64,000 nt of DNA, taken from positions 22,384,001-22,448,000 of the forward strand of contig NC_058369.1 of the NCBI RefSeq assembly GCF_018350175.1. The letters run 5' to 3'. A program made the position numbers and the translations under genes. Source of the DNA: Felis catus. Its lineage: Eukaryota. The notes below the pieces were generated by a model that was not told the DNA's origin, did not search any database, and saw nothing but the letters and a program-made list of their open reading frames with translations. This document shows positions 26,421-38,750 of this stretch, one piece after another (the stretch's first letter is position 1; each line of letters opens with the position of its first letter).

Positions 26421-27799
26421 AGTAAGTCAGGTGTCTGTGTGTATTGCGAAGAAATTTTGCAGCTGGGATAGAGTTGTTCTCTGACTTCCAGCAGGAGTCC
26501 AGACAGACTCAGCTGACGGCTGAGCCAAACCTGTGGCTCTCTGTTTCCCATTTCAGATAGCCCAGACCTATGTAATTCTGATTTGGGGTATTAACAGACG
26601 ATTTTCATTACAGTTGTGGGGTTTGGGGGTGAGGCTCTCTGCAGGAAAGGAGATTTCCTCATCTATCACTTGAGGATAATAATAATCCTTACCTTAAAGG
26701 ATTATGTTGAATGTTAAATGTAGTGATATATTTTAAAAAATGCCTAGCTCAGTGCCCAAGACATGGTCAGGAGTCATTCATAAATGGAAGCCACTACTGC
26801 TGTTAATATTTTAGAAAGATTCAGGATCAAACCCCCATTTTTCTAGGCCTTCATTTTCTTTATTTATGCTTTCCACTCTTGTAGCACTGAAAGAAATTTG
26901 ATAAATGGAATTGGAAGTAGACAAAATAAACTAAGATTTCATGCTAAGCCATCACAGCTTATGTTCTATGTCTGTATGAAGAAGAATCTTTTGTTCATTT
27001 TGACTTCTCTCTCATCAGGGCTCAATCACTTATCTGATAATTTGTATTAGTCATTAAGGCAGCCCCCCAAAAGTATTTGTTCTTTTCCTGAGTATAGACT
27101 TTTAATTTTAAAATGTCTTTTATAATTCTTGGACATTTTTTATTATTTTCAAATGAAGCAACTTTCGACACATTAAATGTGTTCCAAGAGATGATCTCAG
27201 ACCATGTTCTTGTGTCTGCTCTCTTGGGTAGAATTAATGCACTTCCACCTTCTTAAAATGTTTCTTTAATGGCTTCGTAATTACAAGTGATGTGTTTGCA
27301 ATGTATTGCCGTACCAAAGCAGAGTAACTCTGACTTGCAGTTGTTACGAATTTTGCTCGTTCCTTAATGCTGCCTTCCCCAGCACGTAGGAAGAAAAAGG
27401 TCAGGTCACACCAACAGCCAATTCAGCTGTAGAAGTTATGAAGGCCAGGCAGTATCTATACATGGTTATTGTGCATCTCAGGAAAGAGGATGTTGTGTTC
27501 TTGGCCATATTTATTTAATAATTTAATGTGATAATTGAGAAAACTGTACTTAGAAAAAAATTTAAAAATGTAAATAGTATATTTGTACTTTTGATTTGTT
27601 TTCAACAAAGGACCAAGGAGTCCCGTTAAGTATGACAATTATTCAGTACCATTTCTCCAATATTATGAACATCAGATGCATTATCATTGGGTCAATACCT
27701 TTAACAGGTACTGGTTCTCCCCCCGTTAAATCCTACTCCCACCCCCTACTTACCCCACACCCCCCATCCTCTCCCATCACCCCCAGCCCCTGTCACACA

Positions 27800-29410
27800 T
27801 CCGTGGTGGGCATCACTAATCATTTAGTAATTGTTTTCCCACTGAGCTGAGCATGACCTCAGAATCCCTGTAAATACAGAGCTCCTAGGAACCACTTCTA
27901 GTCAACTGCTACAAAGGAGGAAACCCGTCAAACTTCCAAGATTTATCATCTAGTCACAACATATTTAGCTAGTTTAGTCCATTCAGCCCCCAAAGCAGTT
28001 AGTTCATTTTTAAAAATATAGCCAAATTATTTTGGACATAATGTAAGTAAAAATAGTTAATTTGGGGCAAAGACATTAACTTTTCAAACCAGTGTTTCAT
28101 GAAATACAACACTGGTAAAGTTTGAACAACTAACTCTATAATTAAATACAATGTATGGGTGGCATTACATGAAGTAAAGTTAATTGTGAAATAGCTGATG
28201 TTTAGGCAGGATCTTATCAGCAAGTGCAAATGTGTCCAGAACTTCTCCTGCTTTGAAACAGATTTCTCCCTGACCTTCGTTTTTTGCTGTCCTCTTGGTA
28301 TATAGTATAGTTGTTCTTTTCCACCCCATGAAAATTCATCACCATGTCTCAGCCTGGTGGCAGATGGGAGATCTGTGGCCCAGCATCTTTTTTGGAGATC
28401 TTCCCTGTCTATTCACTACTGCTGAGTAGTTTTACAATGTGGGTTCATTTAGTATGGAAGGGGGAATAAATCCGACCCACATGCCATGCACCAATCACAG
28501 GCATAAAAATACCTTACATCCATCTCTAGCATGTGGTGGATGGTACACGCTGGATAGCTAGTTTGTGCAAGCACACCCTGAATGCTCCTGTTAATGACTG
28601 TCTTGAGAATGTAGAGATCATGTCCTCCTTCTATATTCCCATCAAGTGGAATGTGCAGAAGAATGTGCTGTTCGGTGTTCAATGTCAGGGGCTCTGGGGT
28701 GGCGGAGCGTCTCCTTTGTAACACAGTGTCCTGATGGCAGGCAGTGATCTCCTTGGAACACTGGCTGTACCCTGGGAAGGGCTACAGATAGTTGCTAGGC
28801 TAGTTGCTATGATATAAGAACTTGCTGCACGTAGATTCCAGCAATGGATGCTTTGTCCAGTTGGCTGCTCCTGGACTCCCTGTACAGTAGTAAGTTCCCC
28901 CAACAAACCTATGTCTCAATCACTGTCTCTAGGTCTCTTATTTGGCCTCACCGTCATCCACCTAAGCTTCAGAGTCTGCTGGGGTGCATCTGCACATGTG
29001 GTCAAGGTAAATGGCACTTCGGAGCTATGGAATGTGTTTCTTTCAGCACTCTGTTGACTTTGTACTAGAATTTACAGTCTCCTAGACTGGACACCCAGGG
29101 ATTAAGAATACCTTCTGTCCCCTTTTTGCTATGCCCTCTCAGTTTCCTTTGATAGGGACAGAAACAGAATTGGGGAGGGCGGGGGTGCAGCTGTTCACAC
29201 CCCCAAGCACAGTCTCGAAGACTTTAGACTATGGGGAAAAGACACACAAAGGAATAGTATGAAATAAACACAATGCAGAGAGATGTTCAAAAGAGGGGTT
29301 CCATTTTTAGGTACTTGCTTCTTTACCAACAACCAGGGCTTGTCCCAGTCTCTGTGGGACCCCACAGGGGTGTAGTCACCTTAGTCTGATCCCTCAGCTA
29401 TGCATGCCTC
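27800..29410 (-). mobile_element. Decayed hAT-superfamily (hATm-like) transposase coding remnant
   Basis: Frameshifted translation keeps ordered motifs SPSQ, H-DG, LK..LA..A.TI, second D, PQ..IC.H and PP...RW; many stops. Confidence 0.55.
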
Positions 29411-30665
29411 TGATTGACCTCTGTGTGTGACGGTGCATGACCTGCCTATTCATGAACTTGAGACCTGCTGCGGGTGTCCATGTGGCCCAGCACATCAGGG
29501 TCCAAGTGCACCCAGCATGCTGTCTCTGCCTTCTGCAAGATCTGCCAATTCCTCTCTTCTTTCCTGCCCCCTAAGGTGCCTTGGCAGCCTGAGGCTTAAA
29601 GCAGGCACCCCCACTTGCAGGTTCCAGGACAGCTCAATTCCTCAGGAAATGAAGGTCATGTGTGACTAATTCATTCTCTTTTATTTGGAAAATTAGAGAA
29701 GTTTTTAGTAAATTCCACACAACAGGACTAAACTGGTAAATAAGTAATGGTTCGTGATTCACACTAGTCAATGATTACTAATGCCTCATTTGCATGTGGA
29801 ACTAATATTCCATATGATTGGTCCAATCATTTAAGCCTGAGCCAACAGGAGGAAGCATGTTGATTTAATCAGAAGTTTGGGTTGCAGTGGGAAAAACTAC
29901 TGGGTTGGTATTCGTATTTTGATGCTCTCATGACCAGTGCTAGAGGCATGGAACAAGGGAAAAGTTTTCCTTTTTGGGAGTAAAAAAATGCAGTAACAGA
30001 CTTGTTCTGAATATCAGGTGCCATGAGGATTATACTACCATTCAACAAGTATTTATTAGAATCCTGCCGTGTATATACCACTGTGCCCAAAACATCTGTC
30101 CCCAAAGCACCGGCTATTCTAGTGATTGTTAGGAATGCAGGAAAGAAAACAAAAGTTTAACTCCACTTTAATATGGAGTTGGTTTCTAAATCCCAACCAC
30201 AGACTATGATCAGTGCTCTGAAATCCCCTGGTTGCTGAGCATTTGTCAGCATTTGTCAGTGACCCCCTTTAACCAAAAGGTTTTCCCTCTGAGCCTTCAG
30301 TGCATCATCAATAAGGATTAACAATTATTATTAAGTTCATTGTCAATATTATGTTAACAAGCAAAATATTTTGTTACATAATATATCAGGATTCTAAAGC
30401 TCTTTTTTTTTTGTCAATATAAGAATATCTAGATTAATATTCGTTCCTTACTGTATTGTGGTGGACTTTCATAAATATCACGAAAGTAGAATCTGACAGC
30501 TTAGGAAGTGCGTCAGATAAACTCCAGCTTGAGTGGGATGCCAGTAATGTCCTTAATGATAATGTTATCATTTCCCTTCTTTTGGTGGTAGTATTGAAGA
30601 AGGTACTTTTAGTTCATAGATAGACCATATACCCATCAAGGTAGGCAACATTATGTTACAGTAAC

Positions 30666-31247
30666 TGTAGGAATAATTTCCTACTTGCCCTTCTGAGTTC
30701 TTGGCTGAGACCCCTGTAATAAAAGACAAATTCAAAAGAGAAAAATGAACAAGTTTATTGACATATATATGTCATGCATGCATGGGAGATACCCAGGGGA
30801 AATGAGTAACTCTCTGAGGTGGCTTAGAATTTGAGATTAAATACCATCTTAATAGGGAAAGGGGAAGAGGGTATGTGGGCCTCTTAGGGGAGAGTAAATG
30901 ATTTTTAGGAAAGATGAATGGGCCCTTAAAAGAGTAAATGAGAGATATGATAGTTTGTGACTAAGTTTGTCAGGTTGTGGCATTGACCCCTAGTCTCCTC
31001 TCCTCTGGTAAGTCAATCTTTCCTGGTTGATGAAACTCCCAGGGAGGGGATTTGTGATAATTGGGTTCCTTTTGGAAGATCGGCCTTTAAGCAGGTAAGG
31101 GGAGATCACAGAAAGCCTCTCCTTGCACATACTGTTTTCAGATGCCTACAGTTTAAAATAATCAATATGCAAAACAGGAATATTCTGTGGTGGGATGTCC
31201 TCAGTTCTACGGTCATGTATTGGGGTGACATGTTCTGCCACTCTTCA
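30666..31247 (-). mobile_element. ERV1 solo LTR, MER34-like
   Basis: TG...CA termini, TSD taac/tagc; similar to 5982-6512; inserted in an old MLT1 (~30650-31600). Confidence 0.75.
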
Positions 31248-31633
31248 TAGCAAGTAACCCCGAATATCCCTGGCTTAGCATAATGAAAGAGTATTCCTCA
31301 CTCATGCAAGTCTACTGTAAATCAGAGCAGCTCTCCAAAGCAGCTGCCCTCAGTGTGTTGATTCATCAATCATCATTCCAGGAAGTGTCAGTCTCCTGCC
31401 ACATCTATGCTAACATGCTCTGTGGCAATCATTGTGGTAGGGGAAGAAAGGCCTGGAGAACGGGGCAATGCCAATTAAATACTCTCACATTGAAATGAAT
31501 GTGCCACTTCCAGGCTTATGGAAGGATTGAGGGTCACTTGGCCATGTTCAACTTCAGAGGAGTAACAACCTGAAAGCAGCAGATATCCAGACATTGATGG
31601 AAAGGATGCTTGTCAGTTAGAAAATCCAGGAGA

Positions 31634-31845
31634 GGGGGCGCTGGGTGGCTCGGTCGGTTAAGCGTCCACCTTTGGCTCAGGATATGATTTCATGGCTCGT
31701 GAGTTCGAGCCCCGCGTTGGGCTCTGTGCTCACAGCTGGGAGCCTGGAGCCTGCTTCAGATTCTGTCTCCGTCTCTCTGCCCCTCCCCTGCTCATGCACA
31801 GTCTCTCTCTCAAATATAAACATTAAATTTGTTAAAAAGAAAAAC
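31634..31845 (+). mobile_element. CanSINE
   Basis: TSD aaaatccaggaga at 31621-31633 and 31846-31858. Confidence 0.96.
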
Positions 31846-32097
31846 AAAATCCAGGAGAACTTTTGTCTCTCCTTTGATTAGTGAACTGGAAAAGCAAATA
31901 AATGTTCCTGAATGAAATTTTCTTCAGTGTGATTTTGATGGAATAAATGTGGAAGATGCTTCTCGATTATTGAAATGACTGTGCCACAGAAATCAAAAGT
32001 AACTACTGAGAATCTGCATATGTTGGTGTCTTCAGAAATATGAACTTATTAAATGCCTTAAGGGAGACTATGTGTGGACTTCCTCTTAGAGGACTCA

Positions 32098-32844
32098 TGT
32101 GCGGTGGTTGGCAGAGTGATGCCCCCTCAAAAATGTCCAGGCCCTAATCTCTGGAACCTGTGAATCTGTTGTGTGTATAACAGGGCAAGGAGGGCTTCAG
32201 ACTGCGGATAGAAGTCATCAGCTGACTTTCAGATAAAGAGATTATCCTGGGGGACCCTGGGTGGCTCAGTTGGTTAAGCCGTTAAGCATCTGACTCTTGA
32301 TTTCAGCTCAAGTCATGAATCTCATGGTTTGTGGGATTGAGCCCCATATTGGGCTCTGCACTGACAGTGTGGAGCCTACTTGGGATTCTCTCTTTCTCCC
32401 TCTGCCTCTGTCCTTGCCTTGCTCATGCATGTGCTTTCTCTGTCTCTCAAATATAAATATAAACTTAAAGAAAAGAGATTATCCTGGATTACTTGAATGG
32501 ACCCAATATAATCACAAGGGTCATTTAAAGTGGAAGAGGGAGATCAGCACCAGAGAGATGACAGCATGAAAAGACTTACGCTGATGTGGCTGGTTTTGAA
32601 GATGGAGGAAGGGGGCCACAAGCCAAGGAATGTGGGTAGGCCCTAGAAGCCAGCAAAAGGCAAGGAAGTGGATTTTCCCCTACAGCCTCCAGAAGGAATG
32701 CAGCCCTTCTGACATCTTGATTTAGCCCAATGAGACCCCACCTTCAGACTTCTGACCTCTAGAACTCTCAGATAATACACCTGTGTTGTTTTAAGCCACT
32801 GAATCTGTGGTAGTTTGTGGTAGCAGCAGTAGGAAACTAATATG
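32098..32844 (+). mobile_element. MLT1D-like MaLR LTR
   Basis: ctaatctctggaacctgtgaat...gctggttttgaagatggagga...gcagcagtaggaaactaat. Confidence 0.88.
32249..32471 (+). mobile_element. CanSINE nested in MLT1D
   Basis: TSD aaagagattatcct. Confidence 0.95.
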
Positions 32845-33028
32845 TGTCCCAACTTCTCCAGAAGAAGGATTGAGGCAGAGAGCTGGCATTTCCTGGAAAG
32901 CAATGCATGAAAATGAAGGAATTTTATTCTCTTCTTGTCAATATCCCTCCAAGCGGCCTCAAACATTCCTGGAGGAAGGAGAGAAAGCCGGAAAAGCACA
33001 TTTTCTGGGAAAATTGTAAAGATAAATC

Positions 33029-33249
33029 TTTTTTTTTTTTAATTTTTTAAAATGTTTATTTATTTTTGAGAGAGAGAGAGAGCGTGAGCAGGGGAGGGGC
33101 AGAGAGAGAGGGGGACACAGAATCCAAAGCAGGCTCCAGGCTCTGAGCTGTCAGCACAGAGCCCAACACAGGGCTCAAACTCAGGAACAGCGAGATCATG
33201 ACCTGAGCTGAAGTCGGACACCCAACCGACTGAGCCACCCAGGCACCTC
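33029..33249 (-). mobile_element. CanSINE
   Basis: Poly-T, (GA)n, body and head in reverse orientation. Confidence 0.95.
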
Positions 33250-34120
33250 AAAATGAATCTTTTCTGTTCTACTCTGAGCAGGTTCATTGATCTGTTGAGA
33301 AATGAATGCAGAGTGACAGGAGAAGGGGAAAATGAAAGCACCAATTTTGTAAGAATTCCACGTGGCATTGGAAGAACTAAGCTTGGGGCTAAAATTCAAC
33401 AGGTGTTCGAGAGAGTGACTGATAAGCAGCTTTGAGGGCTGGGGTCGACATGCTAGGAAATGACTTTGTGTGTGATGCCTTATGTGGTGAGGCAAATAAA
33501 AGATTAGGGTTTAGGATAATGTGCACAACCCATGTATCTTGAATCTAAGGTGCAGCCAAGGGGGAAAGGAGAGTTCGTAGTTTCCAAAGAAGACTGTGTG
33601 CCCAAAATATCCCACGAACCATCTTTGCATTAATGCATGACATATAGTTTATATATGTGAATATATATATACATGACTGCCCATAACTATATATAATAAT
33701 ATACACAATAATTAATATATTACCCTCCCTTGAAAGGATTTCCCTCTCTTGAAAGGATCCCCCAAAATAGAATGTAAAAGTCCAGCAAAGTTGTTACTTA
33801 GAATATGCATATATAGTGAGACAAGAATTTGGCTCTGCATAAAAAACTGTTGAAGTCTATTTGTTGAGTGGCCCCAAAGATCACCGATGCTAGACACCCA
33901 GCTAGTTGGTTGTAACATTTATCTTTTACCAAGTCCTGATATACAAGCATCCTTTTCTATTCTGTTTGCTAAAACAGAACAGAATTCTGCACTGAAGAGA
34001 ATTACGAAGTACTTCTAGTTTGTATCCTAATTAACAGGAGCCATATAACTCAGGAAAGTTATATTTTGGTCATTAGTAACTGCTTTCCAATAATGATGGC
34101 AAAAGATAGCTAATAGTTCT

Positions 34121-34690
34121 ATTATTTATTTATTTTCACTCCTACTTTGTTCCAAAAAGGATTTAAGGTGGGTTGCAAATACACATGCACTACACAAGAT
34201 GAAACAAAGATTAGCAAAGTGAGGAAGTTAGGGCAAAGGTGGGAAAAATAAGAAAATGGGAATACAAAATGTGCTCCATGAGACTCTGAGTCTTTGCCAG
34301 GGAAATTTGGGCCCCCAATTTGGCTTCCTAGCAACCAGCTCAAAAAGCGGGAAACAATCAGTCCCATGAGTCACACGTCAGTTGGTCAGAAGCAGCTCAA
34401 TAATTCCTGGAACTTAGACCAGAGAGAAATTTCTCCCACCAGGCTGCACAGACAGGACCCCTGTGGAATTCAGTGAGCAGAATCCTCAGCAACATCCTCC
34501 CAGAAGAAATGACAAATTCTTCCGCCTGTGTTTTATCACTTGTATCTGCCTGCGACATCATACCCTAGAAGAATTCAGCAAAAACTCCCTACAGGGATCA
34601 AAGGGAGGTATTTCACGTTCTCTATGCATTGCTGGTTTAACCAAGGCATAGATTAAGAGTATCTAGAGGAGTATATGGGCAAGCAGTCCT
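34121..34690 (-). mobile_element. L4 (RTE-X) LINE 3' fragment
   Basis: atttatttattttcactcctactttgttccaaaaaggatttaaggtgg matches the antisense L4 3' end as I recall it. Confidence 0.65.
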
Positions 34691-35399
34691 CCATAAACAC
34701 TGTCTCTTCTCAGCTGAGCCCCTTCAGAAGTTTAATGTGTGTGTGTGCACGTTCTTTCCTGTGCTTTAGTGCAAGGGTAAGCAGTCATAGGCATTTGGAG
34801 AGAGCGTCAAGGTTTGGGAAAGGGCTTCAATCTCCCTTTTTGTGTTTGGGAGCTTTAAAAGGAGAAGCACCCAGGAGGAAGGGTGCATGGGCATGTGTGA
34901 TGGGCAAAGGGTTGGAGGTGGAATGGTGGTAGTTGGGTCTCATGCTTCCCCAGGTGGGGACAGTCATCTTCCAACAGCAAGAACATCTGGCTCTTCGCAG
35001 TGGCCTCGAAGGGTGCCTGGGTCCATGAGTCTGCAGGCAGAGCAAGTTCCCAAGGTGTGCCACAGATCGTGATGGGTGCCTCACGAGCCCAACTGGCTGG
35101 TGCCCCTCAGCCATCGGTGAGGGGCTGGAGGTCCTCATCTCAGCCTCCCTCCTACATGCAGGCCTCCTTCAAGGCCCTGGGTGTTCACCTGGCGCCCTGG
35201 CATGTGCTCCACAAGGACCACTAAAGCTGTCCTCCAGTGGCCCAGCACCGGCTCCTTAAAACCTCCTGAGGCCTTTATGGGGTTTGGGATCTCCTCCAGG
35301 CTCCAGCAGTAGGCCACTCACATCCTTCCAGCGGCATTGTCCTTGTGCATGTTTGGCAGGAAGAGGAAATAACTGACATGTGTTCTTCCAAGAACTCTC

Positions 35400-35760
35400 C
35401 AATTCCCTCTCCATGCCTCAGGCACCGCCGTCCTTCTAAAACATAAATCTCACCAGGTCGCCTCCCTGATGAAAAGCCATGCCCCTCAGGAGCAAGCTGC
35501 AGGTCTGAGTGTGCTGATCCGACCCTCGGCTGCTCTCCAGCCTCAACCCTCCCCAAGCTTCACCACTGCTGCTCTGCAGCTGCCCACGCTTTTCAGCTCC
35601 TTGAGCTTCTCATATTCTCCTTCTTCCTCCAGGCCCAGGTGTGTGCTATTCCTTCCTCCTGGAAAACTGTTTTTTAGCCTTGCATCCATTAGAATGCCTC
35701 TACCTGCTTCTATTGCAGGTTACAGCTCAGAAATTCGTCTCTCTGGGGAGTGGTCCTGGA
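35400..35760 (+). mobile_element. L2 fragment
   Basis: Minus strand reads ttccaggaggaaggaatagcacac..., the purine-rich antisense pattern of L2. Confidence 0.55.
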
Positions 35761-35807
35761 GGTGCTGGATGTTACATAACATCCTTTGCTTTGTCGGACT
35801 ATAGTGT

Positions 35808-36215
35808 TGTATTAACTAGGAAAATGCCAGCTGCAGAGACAAACCTCCAAATCTCAGTGGCTTCATGCAATAGAATTTTCTCTCTCCCGCATCTAGCCAT
35901 CCAGGGCAGGTGTTCCTGGCTGTTAGGCAGTTCTCTCCCGGGTGATTCAAGGCCCCAAGCTCTTTCCATCTTATAGCTCTGCCATCTTCCGGAGGCTCTG
36001 AGTCCTCAGCGTCCAGCCGGGGCAGAAGGAGAAAGGGGGGCTCGAGAGCACATCTTCCCCTTAATGCCTTGATGCGAAGGCTCCCTGAGTCCTGTCCGCC
36101 CCATTCCGTTGGCATGAACATGGTGCTGCCTGGTTCCTGGGGGCAGCTGCTGTTCAGTGACGGTTGTAATACAGAGGGAGGGGCATGGCTTTTGGTGGGC
36201 ACACAAGCTCCTGAG
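35808..36215 (-). mobile_element. Old MLT1 (MLT1K-like) LTR
   Basis: ccaaatctcagtggctt...gtgattcaaggccccaagctctttccatctt. Confidence 0.7.
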
Positions 36216-37299
36216 GCACTTGTACTATGGCCCACGGCTCCACTAGACTCTGAGCTCAATGAAGGGGAAGAAGGTGATAGGCTTGCCCGCTGTTAACGCC
36301 CTTGGCCGGCACCGTGCCTGCCACTTGGGTGCGGGGAGTGTCTGAGGGGTAGAACAGTGAGTCGGTGCTCGGCTGGAGGAGGGACTGGGTCACGTCGACC
36401 AGCGTCCTCTCGACGCTTCTCCCCCACACTGTGCGAGGGCCGGGGGCTCGAGGAGAGCCAGCAAGCAGTCAGGCCTCCCTTGCTGCCGCTGCCAGGCCAG
36501 CCCCTCCGAAGGCACCGCTTCCTTTCACAGAAAGGCGCTCATTGTGAGCAGAGAGGTTCCTAATCACAGGTGCCGGTAAAGGCACGAGCCTCCGCTCAGA
36601 TGATGAAGCTTTCTGATTAAAGACTTGTTATTGCTACTTTATGGGGCAGAGAGAAAATGTGCTGCCGTTCGTACTGGCGCTGCAGCTCCACGGCACATCT
36701 GGCACCTGCCTCCGAGTCCAAGGAGAGGGGTGGTGAATGCATTTCTGTCCTCTTTGTAAGCCATCCATGTCTTTAGAGTGTCTCTTCAGTAGGCATTTTT
36801 TGTGTGCACGTTGGTGTGAGTGCTTGATGGTAAGACGGCAATCACCTATCAGATTGTTTGGATAGAAAAGAAGGAATGAATAGACATGATGTCTAATTGA
36901 TTTGTGAAATTGGGGAAATAGAATTCACTATCTCAAGCAGTGTGGTTCTACTTCTGAAAATCCTCAGGTGGGAGACTAATGCCTTGGCTCGTGACGCTGG
37001 GGCCTTCTGCTTTATGATTCGTGGCCCCAAAAAGTGACCTGAGGTAACGACCAGTGGAAACTCTGGATGCCCCATCCCCACAGTCCCATATGGGGAGGAA
37101 GTCTGGTCCTGCTCTCCCTGAGGCTCCCTTCTTCTAGTAAGTCTGGGAATCCCAGGGCTGACTCAGTTCAGGGGGATCAGTGTTCATTGCCTTTGGTGTC
37201 ACTGCATTCAACTGAAAGTCCAGGGGTCCCGATGATAGAGTCCAGGACCTGTTACCCAATTGGCATATTGAATCCTTCAAGCAGGAGAGCCACTCTGAG

Positions 37300-37664
37300 C
37301 TCTTCCCCTTTGCCCTTCATCCTGGAACCTTCATGTGAGAGGGGTACCCGGGGAAAAGGAGTGTCCTTGTCTCCGAAGGCCAAGGGATGCCAAGACGAAT
37401 CCGAACAAACCCCCGGTTTACTGCACTTTATACTCCTTAAGCTATCATATTCCTTCACAACTGTCCACTTTTCATAAACCTGACATAAAAGTACAGTCTC
37501 ACTGATGCTTAGGGGTTTCATTTCCTTGTGAAGGCGTTTGTGTCATGTAAAACTTACACCAGATACATTTGTGTGCTTTTCTCCTGCTAACCTGCCTTTG
37601 CCAGTTTACTTTTCAGACCCAGCAGGGGGCCCTCAGAGGGTCAAGGGAAACCTCTTCCCCCTGC
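37300..37664 (+). mobile_element. ERV1 LTR (MER34-like), 5' part missing
   Basis: tgtaaaacttac...tgtgtgcttttctcctgctaacctg...ttttcagaccc...ctcttccccctgca. Confidence 0.7.
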
Positions 37665-37867
37665 ACCGGGCAGCTCCTATCCATTGCAGGGGGTCTGGGG
37701 GGAGCGGGAGGGGGGTGGGCGAGCCGCATGGTGCTGTGTCTGGTCTTGCCAGTTTTCTCAGGGTTTGGGAAAGGAGGAAGCCTCTCCTCTCCTGGCCGGT
37801 GGTCCACTCAGCAGTGGGCGCTGCAGGCCAAGGAGCCGGGAGTGAGGTTCCAACTCTCCAGGGAGAC

Positions 37868-38298
37868 TCATGAGGGAGCGTCAGGCAAGCCCACAGCTGC
37901 AAACACCGCCTCCCTCCAGGGGGATATGGATGACATTCCTCAGGCACTCGTGGCTGCCCAAGAACAAAGGAAAACACAGAAAACAAATGGTTAACCTGCT
38001 AGAGTCCCCATCAGTTTACAAGATACCTGGGTAATATTATAAGAAAAAGGCAGTCTTATCAATAGCCTCATCTCCGGGAACTCCCTACTATCTTCATGAT
38101 CATGCTTTGCTAGAGGGAAAAAAGACCCTAGCTGGACAATAACTAAGCCTCCAGTAATCTGTAAATCGTCTTTAGCATATGGAAATCCTTTTAAGAAACT
38201 TCCTCTTGACTCTACCTCCCCCAACTCCACAGTATATAACCAGACACCCTTCACAGCCTCAGTGTAGCTCTTTCTGCCCACCACCCGAAACCCCATCA
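37868..38298 (+). mobile_element. Carnivore ERV solo LTR (copy A)
   Basis: t(c)atgagggagc...catca termini; TATATAA; TSD agac/aggc. Confidence 0.75.
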
Positions 38299-38750
38299 AG
38301 GCCATCCTGTTCGGTACAGTGAGGTCTCTGTCTCCAGAAGGGTCAGGGCAGTGCAGAACAGCCTTGCTTGAGGCCCACTCTGCTCAAGCCCCCTGGACCT
38401 GGTTCTGTGGACCCTGAGGTCAAGTTGATGGTAATCTCCCTGTCCCTGCCTGGCCCTCAGGCCAGTGCTTACTATGTGCTAACTGCTAAATGCAGGCATT
38501 GTTTTAAGTCTTTTATATGGATTAGTTCACTTAATCACACATATGCTATAAAGCAGGCCTAATGTCATCTTCATTTTATGTAGGAGGAAATTAAGGCACA
38601 GAGAAAGTAATCGCCCCAAATTATGCAGTGTCTGGTTCGAACCTGTAGCACACACCCTGGTATCTTAGATGCTCTGTGGTGCTTCATTTACAACAAAAGT
38701 TGATTCTTAGAACACGAATGGACTCCAAAGCCACTGGAACCTGCTGCTGT

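Noticed and set aside
34827..35800. Possible processed pseudogene (overlapping ORFs)
   Set aside because: No recognisable protein, poly(A) or TSD; the right half is L2-like
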